A stretch of DNA of 64,000 nucleotides, from NCBI GenBank assembly GCA_013214205.1, contig JABSPQ010000127.1, positions 7,613-71,612 of the forward strand, written 5' to 3'. A model generated the notes under the pieces. The model had not been told where the DNA came from and made no database searches. It saw only the letters and a program-made list of their open reading frames with translations. Shown here piece after piece: positions 29,217 to 42,155 of the stretch (positions are counted from its first letter, which is position 1; each line of letters starts with the position of its first letter). This DNA comes from Flavobacteriales bacterium (GTDB taxonomy: Bacteria > Bacteroidota > Bacteroidia > DT-38). The position numbers and the translations under genes are program-made.

Positions 29217-29522
29217 ATATCTCCCAACCAATTTCTAAACACCTATTCTATTCACCTTCAACCAGTAAATGATTGAAGAACTCAAAACCTTGCTACAACA
29301 TAGCTTTAGACTCTTTTGCGTGATTCCGCATTTTTCATGCATAAATCACTCACATACAACTGTTTATGTATTTGATAATAAATAGTACATTTATTACATA
29401 AGTAAGAATTGAATATAAAATTGATTAACCATTCCTGATTGTTGCGATTACATTTTGCATGTTATGATACTGCAAGCACACTGCGCAACGCCAACTTTAA
29501 ACCCTTTTAAACTAGCAATATA

Positions 29523-29744
29523 ATGTGGGAGCGAATTCAATATACAGAGGGCATGACCATGGAAGATTTGGTCAAAGAAATTAATGAGAATGTAATTGAT
29601 AAGATGGAAATAGAATTAAAAGGTTTGGTTCTTACTTTTAACAGTAACATTGGAATGATTATTAAGAAATATTTAAAACCAATTGAAACTAAAACAGAGA
29701 GACTAGAAATTAAAATAACAGGTATAGAGAAAGGCGTTTTCTAG
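29523..29744 (+). CDS. Small hypothetical protein
   Basis: 73-aa isolated ORF with an A-rich leader; no motif. Confidence 0.5.
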   Translation: MWERIQYTEGMTMEDLVKEINENVIDKMEIELKGLVLTFNSNIGMIIKKYLKPIETKTERLEIKITGIEKGVF

Positions 29745-29846
29745 ATTTTAACCATTTTAAAAAGCCGGAGTAAATAGGCATTATTGCAGTTTTTCGCTTG
29801 TTAAAAACAACTACTTTTAGCTTCCCTAAAACATTGCAGGGGTTCT

Positions 29847-31628
29847 ATGCTGAAAAAAAAATTATCCCGTTTTCTTACTTACTTCTTTGCTTGGCGACTT
29901 AAGAATATTAAGCATCGACAATTCGTTCTAATTTTAAGCGGAATTGTTGGTATTGCTTCTGGCTTAACGGCTGTTGTTATCAGAAATTCAGTTCATGTTG
30001 TTGAGGGATTAATTAGAGGCGATTTCTTCGGAGATTATCACAATTATTACTTTTTCATTTTTCCGCTAATCGGGATCCTAATAACACTTTTTGTAATTAA
30101 GTATGTTTTAAGAGCCCCTGTAGAACATGGGATTCCTAATGCATTGTACGCCATTTCTCGAAGAAATAGTATCATCAAGAAAAAATCGATGTACTCTTCA
30201 ATTATTACAAGTGTACTTACGGTTGGTTTTGGAGGGTCTGTTGGGCTAGAGGGGCCTACAGTTGGAACAAGTACAGCCATTGGTTCTAACATAGGCAGAT
30301 GGGCTAGGCTAAATTACAAGACTAAAACATTATTAATTGGTTGTGCTGCTTCTGGAGCATTGGCAGCTATTTTTCAAGCACCTATTGCAGCAATTGTATT
30401 TGCTATTGAAGTTATAATGCTCGATTTAACTATGTCGTCGCTTATACCTTTACTTCTAGCGTCTGTAAGTGCTGCGTTAACTTCGAGGTTAATAGAAGGT
30501 AAAAGTCCCTTATTCGATTTTACTGTAGAGCCATTCGGCTTTCCTGACATGCCATTTTATGTATTACTAGGTGTAGGTGTTGGAATTTGCTCCATCTATT
30601 TTACCAAAATGTTCCTTTTCATTCACAAACTTTTTGACAAGCAAAGTAATTTGCTACTCCGTGCAGTAATAGGAGGCAGTATGTTGGGTATTTTAATCTT
30701 TTTCTTTCCTCCACTATACGGCGAGGGTTATGGAACCATCAACAGCCTAATTGATGGTACTTATCTTGAATTGGTAGATTTTAGTTTGTTTGAAAAAGCA
30801 TCCGATAATTTATTCGTAGTTCTAATATTCCTCTTTCTAATCGTTTTCTTTAAGGCCATTGCAACCAGTTTAACATTTGGAGCCGGTGGAATCGGTGGCA
30901 TTTTTGCCCCTACCCTTTTTATGGGAAGTACTGTTGGGTTCACTTGCGCCAAAATGTATAATTCTTTTGGATTCAACCAACTCTCCCAAAGTAATTTTAC
31001 ATTAGTTGGAATGGCCGGGTTAATGGCTGGAGTTCTGCATGCTCCCTTAACAGCAATTTTCCTTATTGCAGAAATTACAGGCGGTTACGATTTATTTATT
31101 CCACTGATGGTAACGGCTTCTATTAGCTATCTTACTGTTAAAATCACTGTTCCGCATTCGGTATATACCATGCAGCTTGCCGAGCGAGGTGAATTAATTA
31201 CGCATGATAAAGATCAAGCAGTTTTAAGTTTAATGAATCTTGAAGCGGAGATAGAGAAAGATTTTGAGACGGTTACTCCTAATATGACTTTAGGTGAGTT
31301 GGTTCACGTAATTGCGAGATCCGACAGAAACATTTATCCGGTGCTTGATGAAGAATATGGTCTGATTGGATTGGTGCGATTGAATCAGATTAGAAACATT
31401 ATGTTTAAGTCGGAATTGCACGATATAACTTTTGTACATGAGTTAATGACACCTATTGAATCGTCTGTAGCATTGCATGAAACTATGGATGCCGTGATGA
31501 CGAAATTCGATAAGGTAGAAATATGGAATCTCCCAGTAATCGAAAACGGAAAGTATATTGGCTTTGTTTCTAAGTCGAAACTGTTTACAGCTTATAGGAA
31601 GTTATTGAAGGAGTTTTACGATGAGTAA
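29847..31628 (+). CDS. ClC-family chloride channel/antiporter with CBS domains
   Basis: GIP, GLEGP, GGIFAP; C-terminal CBS pair. Confidence 0.95.
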   Translation: MLKKKLSRFLTYFFAWRLKNIKHRQFVLILSGIVGIASGLTAVVIRNSVHVVEGLIRGDFFGDYHNYYFFIFPLIGILITLFVIKYVLRAPVEHGIPNALYAISRRNSIIKKKSMYSSIITSVLTVGFGGSVGLEGPTVGTSTAIGSNIGRWARLNYKTKTLLIGCAASGALAAIFQAPIAAIVFAIEVIMLDLTMSSLIPLLLASVSAALTSRLIEGKSPLFDFTVEPFGFPDMPFYVLLGVGVGICSIYFTKMFLFIHKLFDKQSNLLLRAVIGGSMLGILIFFFPPLYGEGYGTINSLIDGTYLELVDFSLFEKASDNLFVVLIFLFLIVFFKAIATSLTFGAGGIGGIFAPTLFMGSTVGFTCAKMYNSFGFNQLSQSNFTLVGMAGLMAGVLHAPLTAIFLIAEITGGYDLFIPLMVTASISYLTVKITVPHSVYTMQLAERGELITHDKDQAVLSLMNLEAEIEKDFETVTPNMTLGELVHVIARSDRNIYPVLDEEYGLIGLVRLNQIRNIMFKSELHDITFVHELMTPIESSVALHETMDAVMTKFDKVEIWNLPVIENGKYIGFVSKSKLFTAYRKLLKEFYDE

Positions 31629-31658
31629 ATGTAAAGTTTAAAGTGTTAAATCCTGGCT

Positions 31659-31871
31659 CTATGTCAAATATAGTGGGTAGTCAAATTTGAGTTTTCCACG
31701 TAAGCATCCATTGACAATCTTTTCAATCTCGTCGCTTGATGCGGCATCAATTTTAACCCATGGGCGTTCTTTAGGTTGAAATACATTGGAAAGATTGCTT
31801 ACACAGTGGGCAGAATGAATACATTTTTTCAATTCCCACTTTACTTCTATTTCTCCGTTCGTATATTTCAT
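31659..31871 (-). CDS. Divergent 4Fe-4S mono-cluster protein (YjdI/Fer4_19)
   Basis: CIHSAHC..L..VF.P.ERPWV...C; ATG at 31871. Confidence 0.85.
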   Translation of the reverse strand: MKYTNGEIEVKWELKKCIHSAHCVSNLSNVFQPKERPWVKIDAASSDEIEKIVNGCLRGKLKFDYPLYLT

Positions 31872-31881
31872 AGCTAAAGAT

Positions 31882-33792
31882 TTAGTCGTCGGCAATGGCA
31901 CCAGTGCCATACATTTGCTTACCGTATTTTATAGAAGGAGATTCGATCGGTTCTCCTAGTCCTAATTTATCCCATTTTGCGTCAACAGCCTTAATCGTTG
32001 TTGGATCTGAGCACACAACATTCGGCCAGTCGCGTTGGAAATTATCGTATTTTTTTGTCTTTCTTGTTCCGTCAAACCCAATGTGAGAAATTGATTTATC
32101 GTCTTTTGCTTTTATTACAAAACCATCTCTTTTAGGATCTAGGTTATTCGCAAATCTCCAAATTACATCTTGCATACAATCTAGCTCCAACATTTCATCA
32201 ATGTAAATAACGGCCTTAATTGTTGTAAAAGCTTCATCTGCAAACAAAGCGGCATTCAATTCTTCGATGTGATTTGGTCTGTTTTTCTTTAACGATATCG
32301 CCACCAACGAAACTCCAAGATCTACCAATTCATTAGAAATATCAGCTATTTCAGGAAATTTCTCAATTATCGCTGTTTTATCTATTGCCTTAGGCACATT
32401 TACTTCGATGTAATCTGAACGTAATTCTTCCGTCATTTTAGCCGTGGCATCAATACACATTTTGCCACCAAAAGCGAATTTAGAACACGAATGATCTAAC
32501 ACGTCCATTGGTCCAGAACTTAAATAAATATCCGATTCAGGATCAACATTTTGTGTAAGCAATTTTGCAACCGATACATAATCATGAATATCTGTGTCGC
32601 CATCTACCACAACCAACATTTTATTAAACATCATTTGTCCTGCTCCCCACATGGCATTCATTACTTTTTGCGCATGCCCAGCGAATCCCTTCTTAATCTT
32701 TACAATAGTAAGGTTATGAAAAATCCCTTCTATCGGAAGTTCCATGTCTACCACCTCTGGCAACATGGTCAACTTAATTGGTGTTAAGAAAATTCTTTCT
32801 GTAGCCTTTCCAATCCAAGCATCTTCTTGTGGTGGAATTCCCACAATTGTAGATGGGTAAATGGCATTCTTTTTATGAGTAATACATGTTACATGAAACT
32901 GTGGATACCAATCGGCTAACGAATAATACCCAGTATGATCACCAAAAGGCCCTTCCCAAATTAATTCTTCATCAGGCTCTACATAGCCCTCAATTACGAA
33001 GTCGCAATCGGCAGGTACGTAAAGATCTTGAGTTTTGCATTTAACGAGCTCTACCTTCTTCTTTCTAAGAAAACCTGCCAACATGTATTCATCAACATTG
33101 GGAGGCATAGGAGCCGTTGCAGCGTATGTATATGCAGGATCTCCACCAAGAGAAATAGCAACTGGCATTCGCTTACCCATTTTTTTGTATTCGTTAAAAT
33201 GGCCTGCAGAATCTTTGTGTTTATGCCAATGCATCGCGGTAAGGTCGTTTTCCATTACTTGCATTCGGTACATGCCAATGTTTCTAATCTTGGTATGCGG
33301 ATGAACAGTATGAACTATTGGAAATGTAAGAAACGCTCCACCATCTTCTGGCCAACATTTCATAACTGGTAACTTGGACAAATCAGGTTTGTCCATTACC
33401 ACTTCCTGACAAGCACCCGTTTTACTGGTTACCTTAGGCATCCAAGATGCCATCCTTCCTAACTTAGGCAAAAGCTTAATCTTATCTAAGATGCTTTCCT
33501 TAGGTGCAACTAATTCCTTGAAAATATTTTCTAAATCCTTTCCAATATCATCAAGGTCATTAACACCAAGCGCAATACAAATCCTTTTGTAAGACCCTAA
33601 AGAATTGATGAGGATAGGAAAATCGGTTCCGTTGTTTTCGAACAGAAGCGCTTTATTTCGATCGGCTGTTTTGGATATTCGATCCACAACCTCGGTAATT
33701 TCAAGGTTGGGATCAACGAATTCTTTGATTCTGATTAACTCACCAGCATCTTCTAATTCTTTAACAAAATCAGCAAGATTTTTGAATGCCAT
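31882..33792 (-). CDS. UbiD-family (prFMN) decarboxylase, menaquinone (futalosine-pathway) type
   Basis: RNIGMYR, EGPFGDHTGYY, VGIPPQED, GPMDVLDH. Confidence 0.92.
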   Translation of the reverse strand: MAFKNLADFVKELEDAGELIRIKEFVDPNLEITEVVDRISKTADRNKALLFENNGTDFPILINSLGSYKRICIALGVNDLDDIGKDLENIFKELVAPKESILDKIKLLPKLGRMASWMPKVTSKTGACQEVVMDKPDLSKLPVMKCWPEDGGAFLTFPIVHTVHPHTKIRNIGMYRMQVMENDLTAMHWHKHKDSAGHFNEYKKMGKRMPVAISLGGDPAYTYAATAPMPPNVDEYMLAGFLRKKKVELVKCKTQDLYVPADCDFVIEGYVEPDEELIWEGPFGDHTGYYSLADWYPQFHVTCITHKKNAIYPSTIVGIPPQEDAWIGKATERIFLTPIKLTMLPEVVDMELPIEGIFHNLTIVKIKKGFAGHAQKVMNAMWGAGQMMFNKMLVVVDGDTDIHDYVSVAKLLTQNVDPESDIYLSSGPMDVLDHSCSKFAFGGKMCIDATAKMTEELRSDYIEVNVPKAIDKTAIIEKFPEIADISNELVDLGVSLVAISLKKNRPNHIEELNAALFADEAFTTIKAVIYIDEMLELDCMQDVIWRFANNLDPKRDGFVIKAKDDKSISHIGFDGTRKTKKYDNFQRDWPNVVCSDPTTIKAVDAKWDKLGLGEPIESPSIKYGKQMYGTGAIADD

Positions 33793-33834
33793 TTAAATGT
33801 GTTTAGACAATCAAAGATAGTATAAGAAACGAAT

Positions 33835-35154
33835 TTAAACTGCTTCTGGCTGACCAGCAAATTGCTTCATAAGCAATTCTGTAGTAGTTGAACCAGGACG
33901 CTCTATAGATAATCCTAGCGCTCTGTCCCAAACCAATTGAGCCAATACACCTAATGATCTGGAAACACCAAACATAACTGTATAGAACTCATACTCGTCC
34001 ATTCCATAATGCAACAATAAAGCACCTGAATGAGCATCAACATTAGGCCAAGGGTTTTTAACTTTTCCTAATGCACCCAAAACTTCAGGAACCACTTCGT
34101 ACATACTGTGAACGATGTCTATAATGTCGTCTTGTTCAATGTATCTTTTAGCAAAATCCCATTGTGCAGTAAATCTAGGGTCGGTTTTTCTTAAAACAGC
34201 ATGACCATAACCCGGAACTACTTTACCATCAGCTAAAGTTCTTTCAACGTACGCTCTAATTTCTTCTTTGGTTATTTTACCGCCTCCTAACTCTGCTTGA
34301 AGAGCAAGAATCCATCTCACTACCTCTTGGTTAGCCAAGCCATGTAAAGGGCCTGCTAAGCCGTTCATACAAGCAGCAAAAGATTGATATGCATCACCCA
34401 AAGCCGAACCAACTAAATGGTTAGTATGTGCAGATACATTTCCTCCTTCGTGATCTGAATGAATGGTAAGGTATATTCTCATTAGTTTTTTAAACCCGTC
34501 GGAATCGAAACCTAACATGTGTGCAAAGTTTGCACCCCAATCTAATCTTGGATCTGGCTCAATGTGCACATCATTTTTGTACGTTCTTCTGTAGATGTAT
34601 GCAGCAACTCTTGGAAGTCTTGCAATCAAATTCATTACATCTTCATAAGTCGAATCCCAATATTCGGATTTATGAACCCCTCTTTTGTATTCCTTTGCAA
34701 ATACCGACTCGTTTTGCATTGCGTTGATCGCAATAGCAAATTGAGTCATTGGGTGAGTAGCTTTAGGCAAGCTATCCAACACATTAAAAACGTGAATAGG
34801 AACTACCGATCTAATGGCCCAGTTTCTTGTTAACCCAACAACATCTTCGTTGGTAGGCAATTCGCCAATCAACATTAAGTAAAAAATCCCTTCAGGAAGC
34901 GGTTCAAATCCATTTGGTGCTGTTGGTAATTTTTCCATTAGTTCAGGAATCGTATAACCCCTAAATCTAATACCCTCTTCAGGATCAAGCTTTGAAGTTT
35001 CGGTTACCAATCCTAGCATTCCACGCATACCACCATATACCTGTGCCATCGTGATTTCACCAACTTTTTCGTGTCCGTGTTTTTTCACGAATTCTTTAAC
35101 CTCTCCCGCCATTGGAAGAGCTATTGTTGCAAATTTTTTCTTTAAGGTTTCCAT
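33835..35154 (-). CDS. Citrate (Si)-synthase, eukaryotic type
   Basis: [45 protein letters not shown]. Confidence 0.96.
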   Translation of the reverse strand: METLKKKFATIALPMAGEVKEFVKKHGHEKVGEITMAQVYGGMRGMLGLVTETSKLDPEEGIRFRGYTIPELMEKLPTAPNGFEPLPEGIFYLMLIGELPTNEDVVGLTRNWAIRSVVPIHVFNVLDSLPKATHPMTQFAIAINAMQNESVFAKEYKRGVHKSEYWDSTYEDVMNLIARLPRVAAYIYRRTYKNDVHIEPDPRLDWGANFAHMLGFDSDGFKKLMRIYLTIHSDHEGGNVSAHTNHLVGSALGDAYQSFAACMNGLAGPLHGLANQEVVRWILALQAELGGGKITKEEIRAYVERTLADGKVVPGYGHAVLRKTDPRFTAQWDFAKRYIEQDDIIDIVHSMYEVVPEVLGALGKVKNPWPNVDAHSGALLLHYGMDEYEFYTVMFGVSRSLGVLAQLVWDRALGLSIERPGSTTTELLMKQFAGQPEAV

Positions 35155-35254
35155 CTTATCTCTGATATTTTAAACTTAAATTAATTCTCTACTTAAGCCC
35201 AACAATTTTCAAAATTAACAGCCCTACAAATCAACGCCGTCAATGTTAAGTATA

Positions 35255-37707
<2,453 letters not shown>

Positions 37708-37725
37708 GATATTATTTATTTATAC

Positions 37726-37762
37726 AAAAAAAGGACAGTGTATAAATACACCATCCTTTTTT
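37726..37762 (-). terminator. Terminator of the ribosomal protein operon
   Basis: AAAAAAAGGA...TCCTTTTTT hairpin after rplQ. Confidence 0.75.
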
Positions 37763-37802
37763 ATATAACGTAAAACGTAGTTCAATTCTTTCTTAATCTT
37801 AG

Positions 37803-38507
37803 CTATTTAGACTCAGTTTCATCCGCTGCAGCATCATCCTTGCTGTCGCCATCTTCCGCTGAAGTTTCTGGTGCCGCTTCTGCTTTTGCCTCAGGAGCTG
37901 CTTCAGCTTCTGGAGCCGCTTTTCCAGCAGCAGGTGCCTCAGGAGTTGCTTCCTCTGCAGGAGCTTCTCCTTTCACTTCAGTTGAAGCGTCTGGAGTTGC
38001 ATCATCAGCAATGATTTGAGCGTCTTCAACACCCGCATCAGTGGAACCTGAAAGGTAATCCATTTCAGCAACTGGTGTTTCATCAGCTTTTGCTTTACCT
38101 CTTCTGGTACGCTTTTTAGCTTTAGGAGCGGCATCTTGCATCATACTCTCGTTGTAATCTACCAACTCGATTAAACACATTTCAGCATTATCTCCCAGTC
38201 TGTTACCTGTCTTTAAAATCCTGGTATACCCACCCGGACGTTCGCCAATTTTCACTGCTACATCTCTAAATAACTCTGCTACCGCGTACTTATCTTTTAA
38301 GTAACTAAATACTACACGTCTCGAATGAGTAGAATCATTTTTTGATTTTGTAATCAATGGTTCAACGTACATTCTTAAAGCTTTTGCTTTAGCAACTGTT
38401 GTGTTTATTCTCTTATGTTGTATTAGAGAACAAGCCATGTTTGCTAACATTGCTTTTCTGTGTGGTGCTTTACGGCTTAGGTGATTAAACCCTTTCTTGT
38501 GTCTCAT
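37803..38507 (-). CDS. rplQ: 50S ribosomal protein L17 with acidic C-terminal tail
   Basis: MRHKK...[15 protein letters not shown]. Confidence 0.97.
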   Translation of the reverse strand: MRHKKGFNHLSRKAPHRKAMLANMACSLIQHKRINTTVAKAKALRMYVEPLITKSKNDSTHSRRVVFSYLKDKYAVAELFRDVAVKIGERPGGYTRILKTGNRLGDNAEMCLIELVDYNESMMQDAAPKAKKRTRRGKAKADETPVAEMDYLSGSTDAGVEDAQIIADDATPDASTEVKGEAPAEEATPEAPAAGKAAPEAEAAPEAKAEAAPETSAEDGDSKDDAAADETESK

Positions 38508-38538
38508 TTCTAACGTGTATTATTCTTCTGACTAAAAT

Positions 38539-39528
38539 CTATTCGTCTAATTTGTATTTAGTCAAATCCATTCCAAAGGTTAACTCTTTGTTCTCAACTA
38601 ATTCATCCAATTCAGTAAGTGACTTCTTACCAAAGTTTCTAAATTTCAACAAATCGTTTTTATTGAATTTTACTAAATCACCTAATGTATCAACATCTGC
38701 TGCTTTCAAACAATTTAATGCTCTAACAGAAAGATCCATATCCACTAAGCGTGTTTTCAATAATTGTCTCATGTGTAATGAAGACTCATCGAATTGCTCA
38801 ACATCTGAAACATCACTTGCATCCATTGTAATTTTCTCATCAGAAAACAACATGAAGTGGTGGATCAAAATTCTAGCAGCTTCTTTCAAAGCTTCTTTAG
38901 GATGAATTGAACCATCTGTATCGATGTCAAATATTAATTTCTCGTAATCTGTTTTTTGCTCAACACGGAAGTTTTCAACTTTGTACTGAACATTTTTTAC
39001 TGGTGTGTAGATAGAATCTAATGCTATCGTTCCTACAGGACCTTCTACCATTTTATTATCTTCCGCAGTTACATAACCACGTCCTTTTCCAATCACCAAT
39101 TCCATGTTTAGCTTAACGCTAGGATCCATGTGACAGATTACTAAATCAGGATTTAAAACTTGGAATCCTGAAGTAAATTTGCCAACATCACCAGCAGTTA
39201 AAGTTTCTTGACCGCTAACTGAAACAGATAGTTTTTCACCATCAGCATTTTCGATTTGTCTTTTAAAACGAATTTGTTTCAAGTTCAAAACGATTTCAGT
39301 AACATCTTCAACAACTCCTTTAATAGTAGCAAACTCATGATCTACACCATCAATTCTTAACGAAGTAAGCGCGTAACCTTCCAATGAAGAAAGCAAAATT
39401 CTACGCAATGCATTTCCTATTGTAATACCGTAACCTGGCTCTAAAGGTCTAAATTCAAATTGACCTTGTACCTCCGTAGAGTTAATCATGATCACTTTGT
39501 CCGGTTTTTGAAAATCTAATATCGCCAT
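38539..39528 (-). CDS. rpoA: RNA polymerase alpha subunit
   Basis: [21 protein letters not shown]; RNFGKKSL. Confidence 0.99.
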   Translation of the reverse strand: MAILDFQKPDKVIMINSTEVQGQFEFRPLEPGYGITIGNALRRILLSSLEGYALTSLRIDGVDHEFATIKGVVEDVTEIVLNLKQIRFKRQIENADGEKLSVSVSGQETLTAGDVGKFTSGFQVLNPDLVICHMDPSVKLNMELVIGKGRGYVTAEDNKMVEGPVGTIALDSIYTPVKNVQYKVENFRVEQKTDYEKLIFDIDTDGSIHPKEALKEAARILIHHFMLFSDEKITMDASDVSDVEQFDESSLHMRQLLKTRLVDMDLSVRALNCLKAADVDTLGDLVKFNKNDLLKFRNFGKKSLTELDELVENKELTFGMDLTKYKLDE

Positions 39529-39559
39529 TGTTTAAAGTTTAAATTTTATTTAATGCTTA

Positions 39560-40168
39560 TTATTTCGAATACAATTCAACAATTAACCCTTCTTCTATAT
39601 TTTCAGGTATTGCTTCTCTCTCAGGAATATTTAAATACGTTCCACTTAAACTATCGCTGTTCCACTGCAACCATTCGTATGATGTGGCATTGTTTGCAAT
39701 TGATTCTCTAATTGCACTCATTCCTCTTGATTTCTCTCTAATAGAAACAACATCTCCTACTTTAAGCGCATAAGATGCAATGTTAACCATTTTACCATTT
39801 ACAGTAATGTGTCTGTGAGAAACTAGTTGACGTGCACCTGCTCTAGTTGGAGCAATTCCCAATCTATAAACGGTGTTGTCTAATCTCAATTCACAATATT
39901 GTAATAAGATTTCTCCTGTAATACCTTTTGCTCTAGAAGCTTTATCAAATAAGTTAGCAAATTGCTTCTCTAAGATACCATAAGTATACTTAGCAATTTG
40001 TTTTGCTCTTAACTGAAGCGCATATTCTGACTGCTTGCTTCTTCTTTTTTTATCTGGACCGTGTTGTCCTGGAGGATAATTTTTTTTCTCCAAGTATTTG
40101 TCCTCGCCATAAATAGGCTCTTGAAACTTACGAGCGATTTTACTCTTTGGTCCTGTATATCTTGCCAT
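39560..40168 (-). CDS. rpsD: 30S ribosomal protein S4
   Basis: MARYTGP, RLDN.VYR, IVELYSK. Confidence 0.99.
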   Translation of the reverse strand: MARYTGPKSKIARKFQEPIYGEDKYLEKKNYPPGQHGPDKKRRSKQSEYALQLRAKQIAKYTYGILEKQFANLFDKASRAKGITGEILLQYCELRLDNTVYRLGIAPTRAGARQLVSHRHITVNGKMVNIASYALKVGDVVSIREKSRGMSAIRESIANNATSYEWLQWNSDSLSGTYLNIPEREAIPENIEEGLIVELYSK

Positions 40169-40197
40169 AACTCTTTATTAAATCTATCTTACTTAAA

Positions 40198-40581
40198 TTA
40201 TACCCTTCTTCTTTTCGGTGGTCTACAACCGTTGTGTGGCTGAGGAGTAACATCGATGATTTCAGTGATCTCAATGCCCGAGTTGTGAATTGTTCTGATT
40301 GCAGAATCTCTTCCTGAACCAGGTCCTTTTACATATACCTTCGCACGTCTCATACCTGCATCATGCGCTATTTTTACGCAATCTTCAGCAGCAACTTGTG
40401 CAGCATAAGGAGTGTTCTTTTTAGAACCTCTAAATCCCATTTTACCTGCCGACGACCAAGATATAACTTGACCTTGTGTGTTGCAAAGCGAGATAATAAT
40501 GTTGTTGAAAGTTGCTTTGATGTGAACGTGCCCTGTAGCCTCCACATTTACCTTTCTTTTTTTAGTAGTACTCTTAGCCAT
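40198..40581 (-). CDS. rpsK: 30S ribosomal protein S11
   Basis: [13 protein letters not shown]. Confidence 0.99.
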   Translation of the reverse strand: MAKSTTKKRKVNVEATGHVHIKATFNNIIISLCNTQGQVISWSSAGKMGFRGSKKNTPYAAQVAAEDCVKIAHDAGMRRAKVYVKGPGSGRDSAIRTIHNSGIEITEIIDVTPQPHNGCRPPKRRRV

Positions 40582-40602
40582 AATTTACTTTTTCAGATGT
40601 CT

Positions 40603-40980
40603 CTATTTCGTTACTTTCTTTTTATTCGCGATGGTCTTTCTCCTTCCTTTCCTCGTTCTAGAGTTATTCTTGGTTCTTTGACCTCTCAACGGCAATCCTG
40701 TTCTGTGACGAATTCCTCTAAAACAACCTATATCAACAAGTCTTTTTATGTTCAGTTGAACTTCAGATCTTAGTGTACCCTCAACCTTATAAGTATCGGA
40801 AACGATTTTATTGATCGCTTTTAACTGCTCATCGTTCCAATCTTGAACTTTGATGTTAACATCGATCTCCGCTTCTCCAAGTATCTTTTGAGCGGTTTTT
40901 TTACCAATTCCGAAAACGTAGGTTAATCCTATTTCTCCTCGTTTATTATTTGGTAAGTCTATTCCAGCAATTCTTGCCAT
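40603..40980 (-). CDS. rpsM: 30S ribosomal protein S13
   Basis: [18 protein letters not shown]. Confidence 0.99.
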   Translation of the reverse strand: MARIAGIDLPNNKRGEIGLTYVFGIGKKTAQKILGEAEIDVNIKVQDWNDEQLKAINKIVSDTYKVEGTLRSEVQLNIKRLVDIGCFRGIRHRTGLPLRGQRTKNNSRTRKGRRKTIANKKKVTK

Positions 40981-41001
40981 AATCTAATAGTTATTTTTTT
41001 A

Positions 41002-41118
41002 TTACCCTTGTCTTTGTTTAAATCTCGGATTCTTTTTGTTGATCACATAAAGTCTACCCTTCCTCCGCACAATTTTACACTCTGCGCTTCTCTTTTTTAT
41101 TGATGCACGTACTTTCAT
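41002..41118 (-). CDS. rpmJ: 50S ribosomal protein L36, type B (not in ORF track)
   Basis: [38 protein letters not shown]. Confidence 0.97.
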   Translation of the reverse strand: MKVRASIKKRSAECKIVRRKGRLYVINKKNPRFKQRQG

Positions 41119-41123
41119 AAGTT

Positions 41124-41342
41124 CTATTTATATCTAAAAGTTATTCTACCTTTTGATAAATCATAAGGAGACATCTCCAATTTTACTCTGTCACCGGGCA
41201 ATAATTTAATATAGTGCATTCGCATTTTACCCGAAATATGAGCGGTTATCTTATGTCCGTTTTCAAGCTCTACCCTAAAGATAGCATTTGCTAATGCCTC
41301 TATGATAGTACCGTCCTGTGATATTGATAACTGCTTCGCCAT
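41124..41342 (-). CDS. infA: Translation initiation factor IF-1
   Basis: [22 protein letters not shown]. Confidence 0.99.
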   Translation of the reverse strand: MAKQLSISQDGTIIEALANAIFRVELENGHKITAHISGKMRMHYIKLLPGDRVKLEMSPYDLSKGRITFRYK

Positions 41343-41345
41343 ATT

Positions 41346-42134
41346 TTAAAACTCTCTATTCTTTTTCTTTAATACTTCCTCTATGTACTCAAATGTTGAT
41401 AATATATCTGGTTGCCCATTATTTATTGCCAAGCTATGTTCAAAGTGTGCAGAAGCCTGATCATCTTTCGTTCTGATGGTCCAACCATCATTTTTTTGAA
41501 TGATCTCTTTTTTTCCCATGTTAATCATAGGTTCTACTGCTATCACTAAGCCCTTTTGAAGTTTCAATCCTTTCCCCTGTTTACCGTAGTTAGGAACCTC
41601 AGGTCCTTCATGAAGGTTTTTACCCAATCCATGTCCGACTAACTCTCTTACTACCGTATAACCTCTTTCCTCAACGTAAGTTTGAACCGCATGTCCAATA
41701 TCACCAACTCGTCCTCCAACCTTTGCCTTTTCAAGACCTTTATAAAGTGACTCTTTGGTAGTTCTTAATAGTTGTACCAAATCATCGCTTATGTCTCCAA
41801 CTGCAAAAGTAAAGGCAGAATCTCCATAGAAGCTATTTTTCAATACACCGCAGTCTATTGAAACTATGTCTCCATCTTCCAGCACTCTGTCACCAGGGAT
41901 TCCATGTACTACTTCCGAATTAACAGAAATACATAATGTAGCGGGAAACCCACTATATCCCTTAAAACCAGGAATTGCATCATTATCTAAAATGAACTCT
42001 TCAGCAATTTTATTTAATGCCTCAGTCTTAATTCCAGGCTCGATGCATTTTGCCACCTCAGCCAATGTTTTACCAACAAGTAAAGAACTTTCTCTTACTA
42101 ACTCTATCTCATCATCCGTTTTATAATAAACCAT
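41346..42134 (-). CDS. map: Methionine aminopeptidase type I
   Basis: CISVN.EVVHGIP, GHGLG..LHE.P, SAHFEH. Confidence 0.97.
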   Translation of the reverse strand: MVYYKTDDEIELVRESSLLVGKTLAEVAKCIEPGIKTEALNKIAEEFILDNDAIPGFKGYSGFPATLCISVNSEVVHGIPGDRVLEDGDIVSIDCGVLKNSFYGDSAFTFAVGDISDDLVQLLRTTKESLYKGLEKAKVGGRVGDIGHAVQTYVEERGYTVVRELVGHGLGKNLHEGPEVPNYGKQGKGLKLQKGLVIAVEPMINMGKKEIIQKNDGWTIRTKDDQASAHFEHSLAINNGQPDILSTFEYIEEVLKKKNREF

Positions 42135-42155
42135 AATCTTTGTCTATTATAATAG

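Noticed and set aside
31660-31710. IS-end-like GTGGAAAACTCAAATTTGACTACCC at the 3' end of the Fe-S gene
   Set aside because: The encoded C..G.LKF still fits the family C-terminus; no second repeat or partner end
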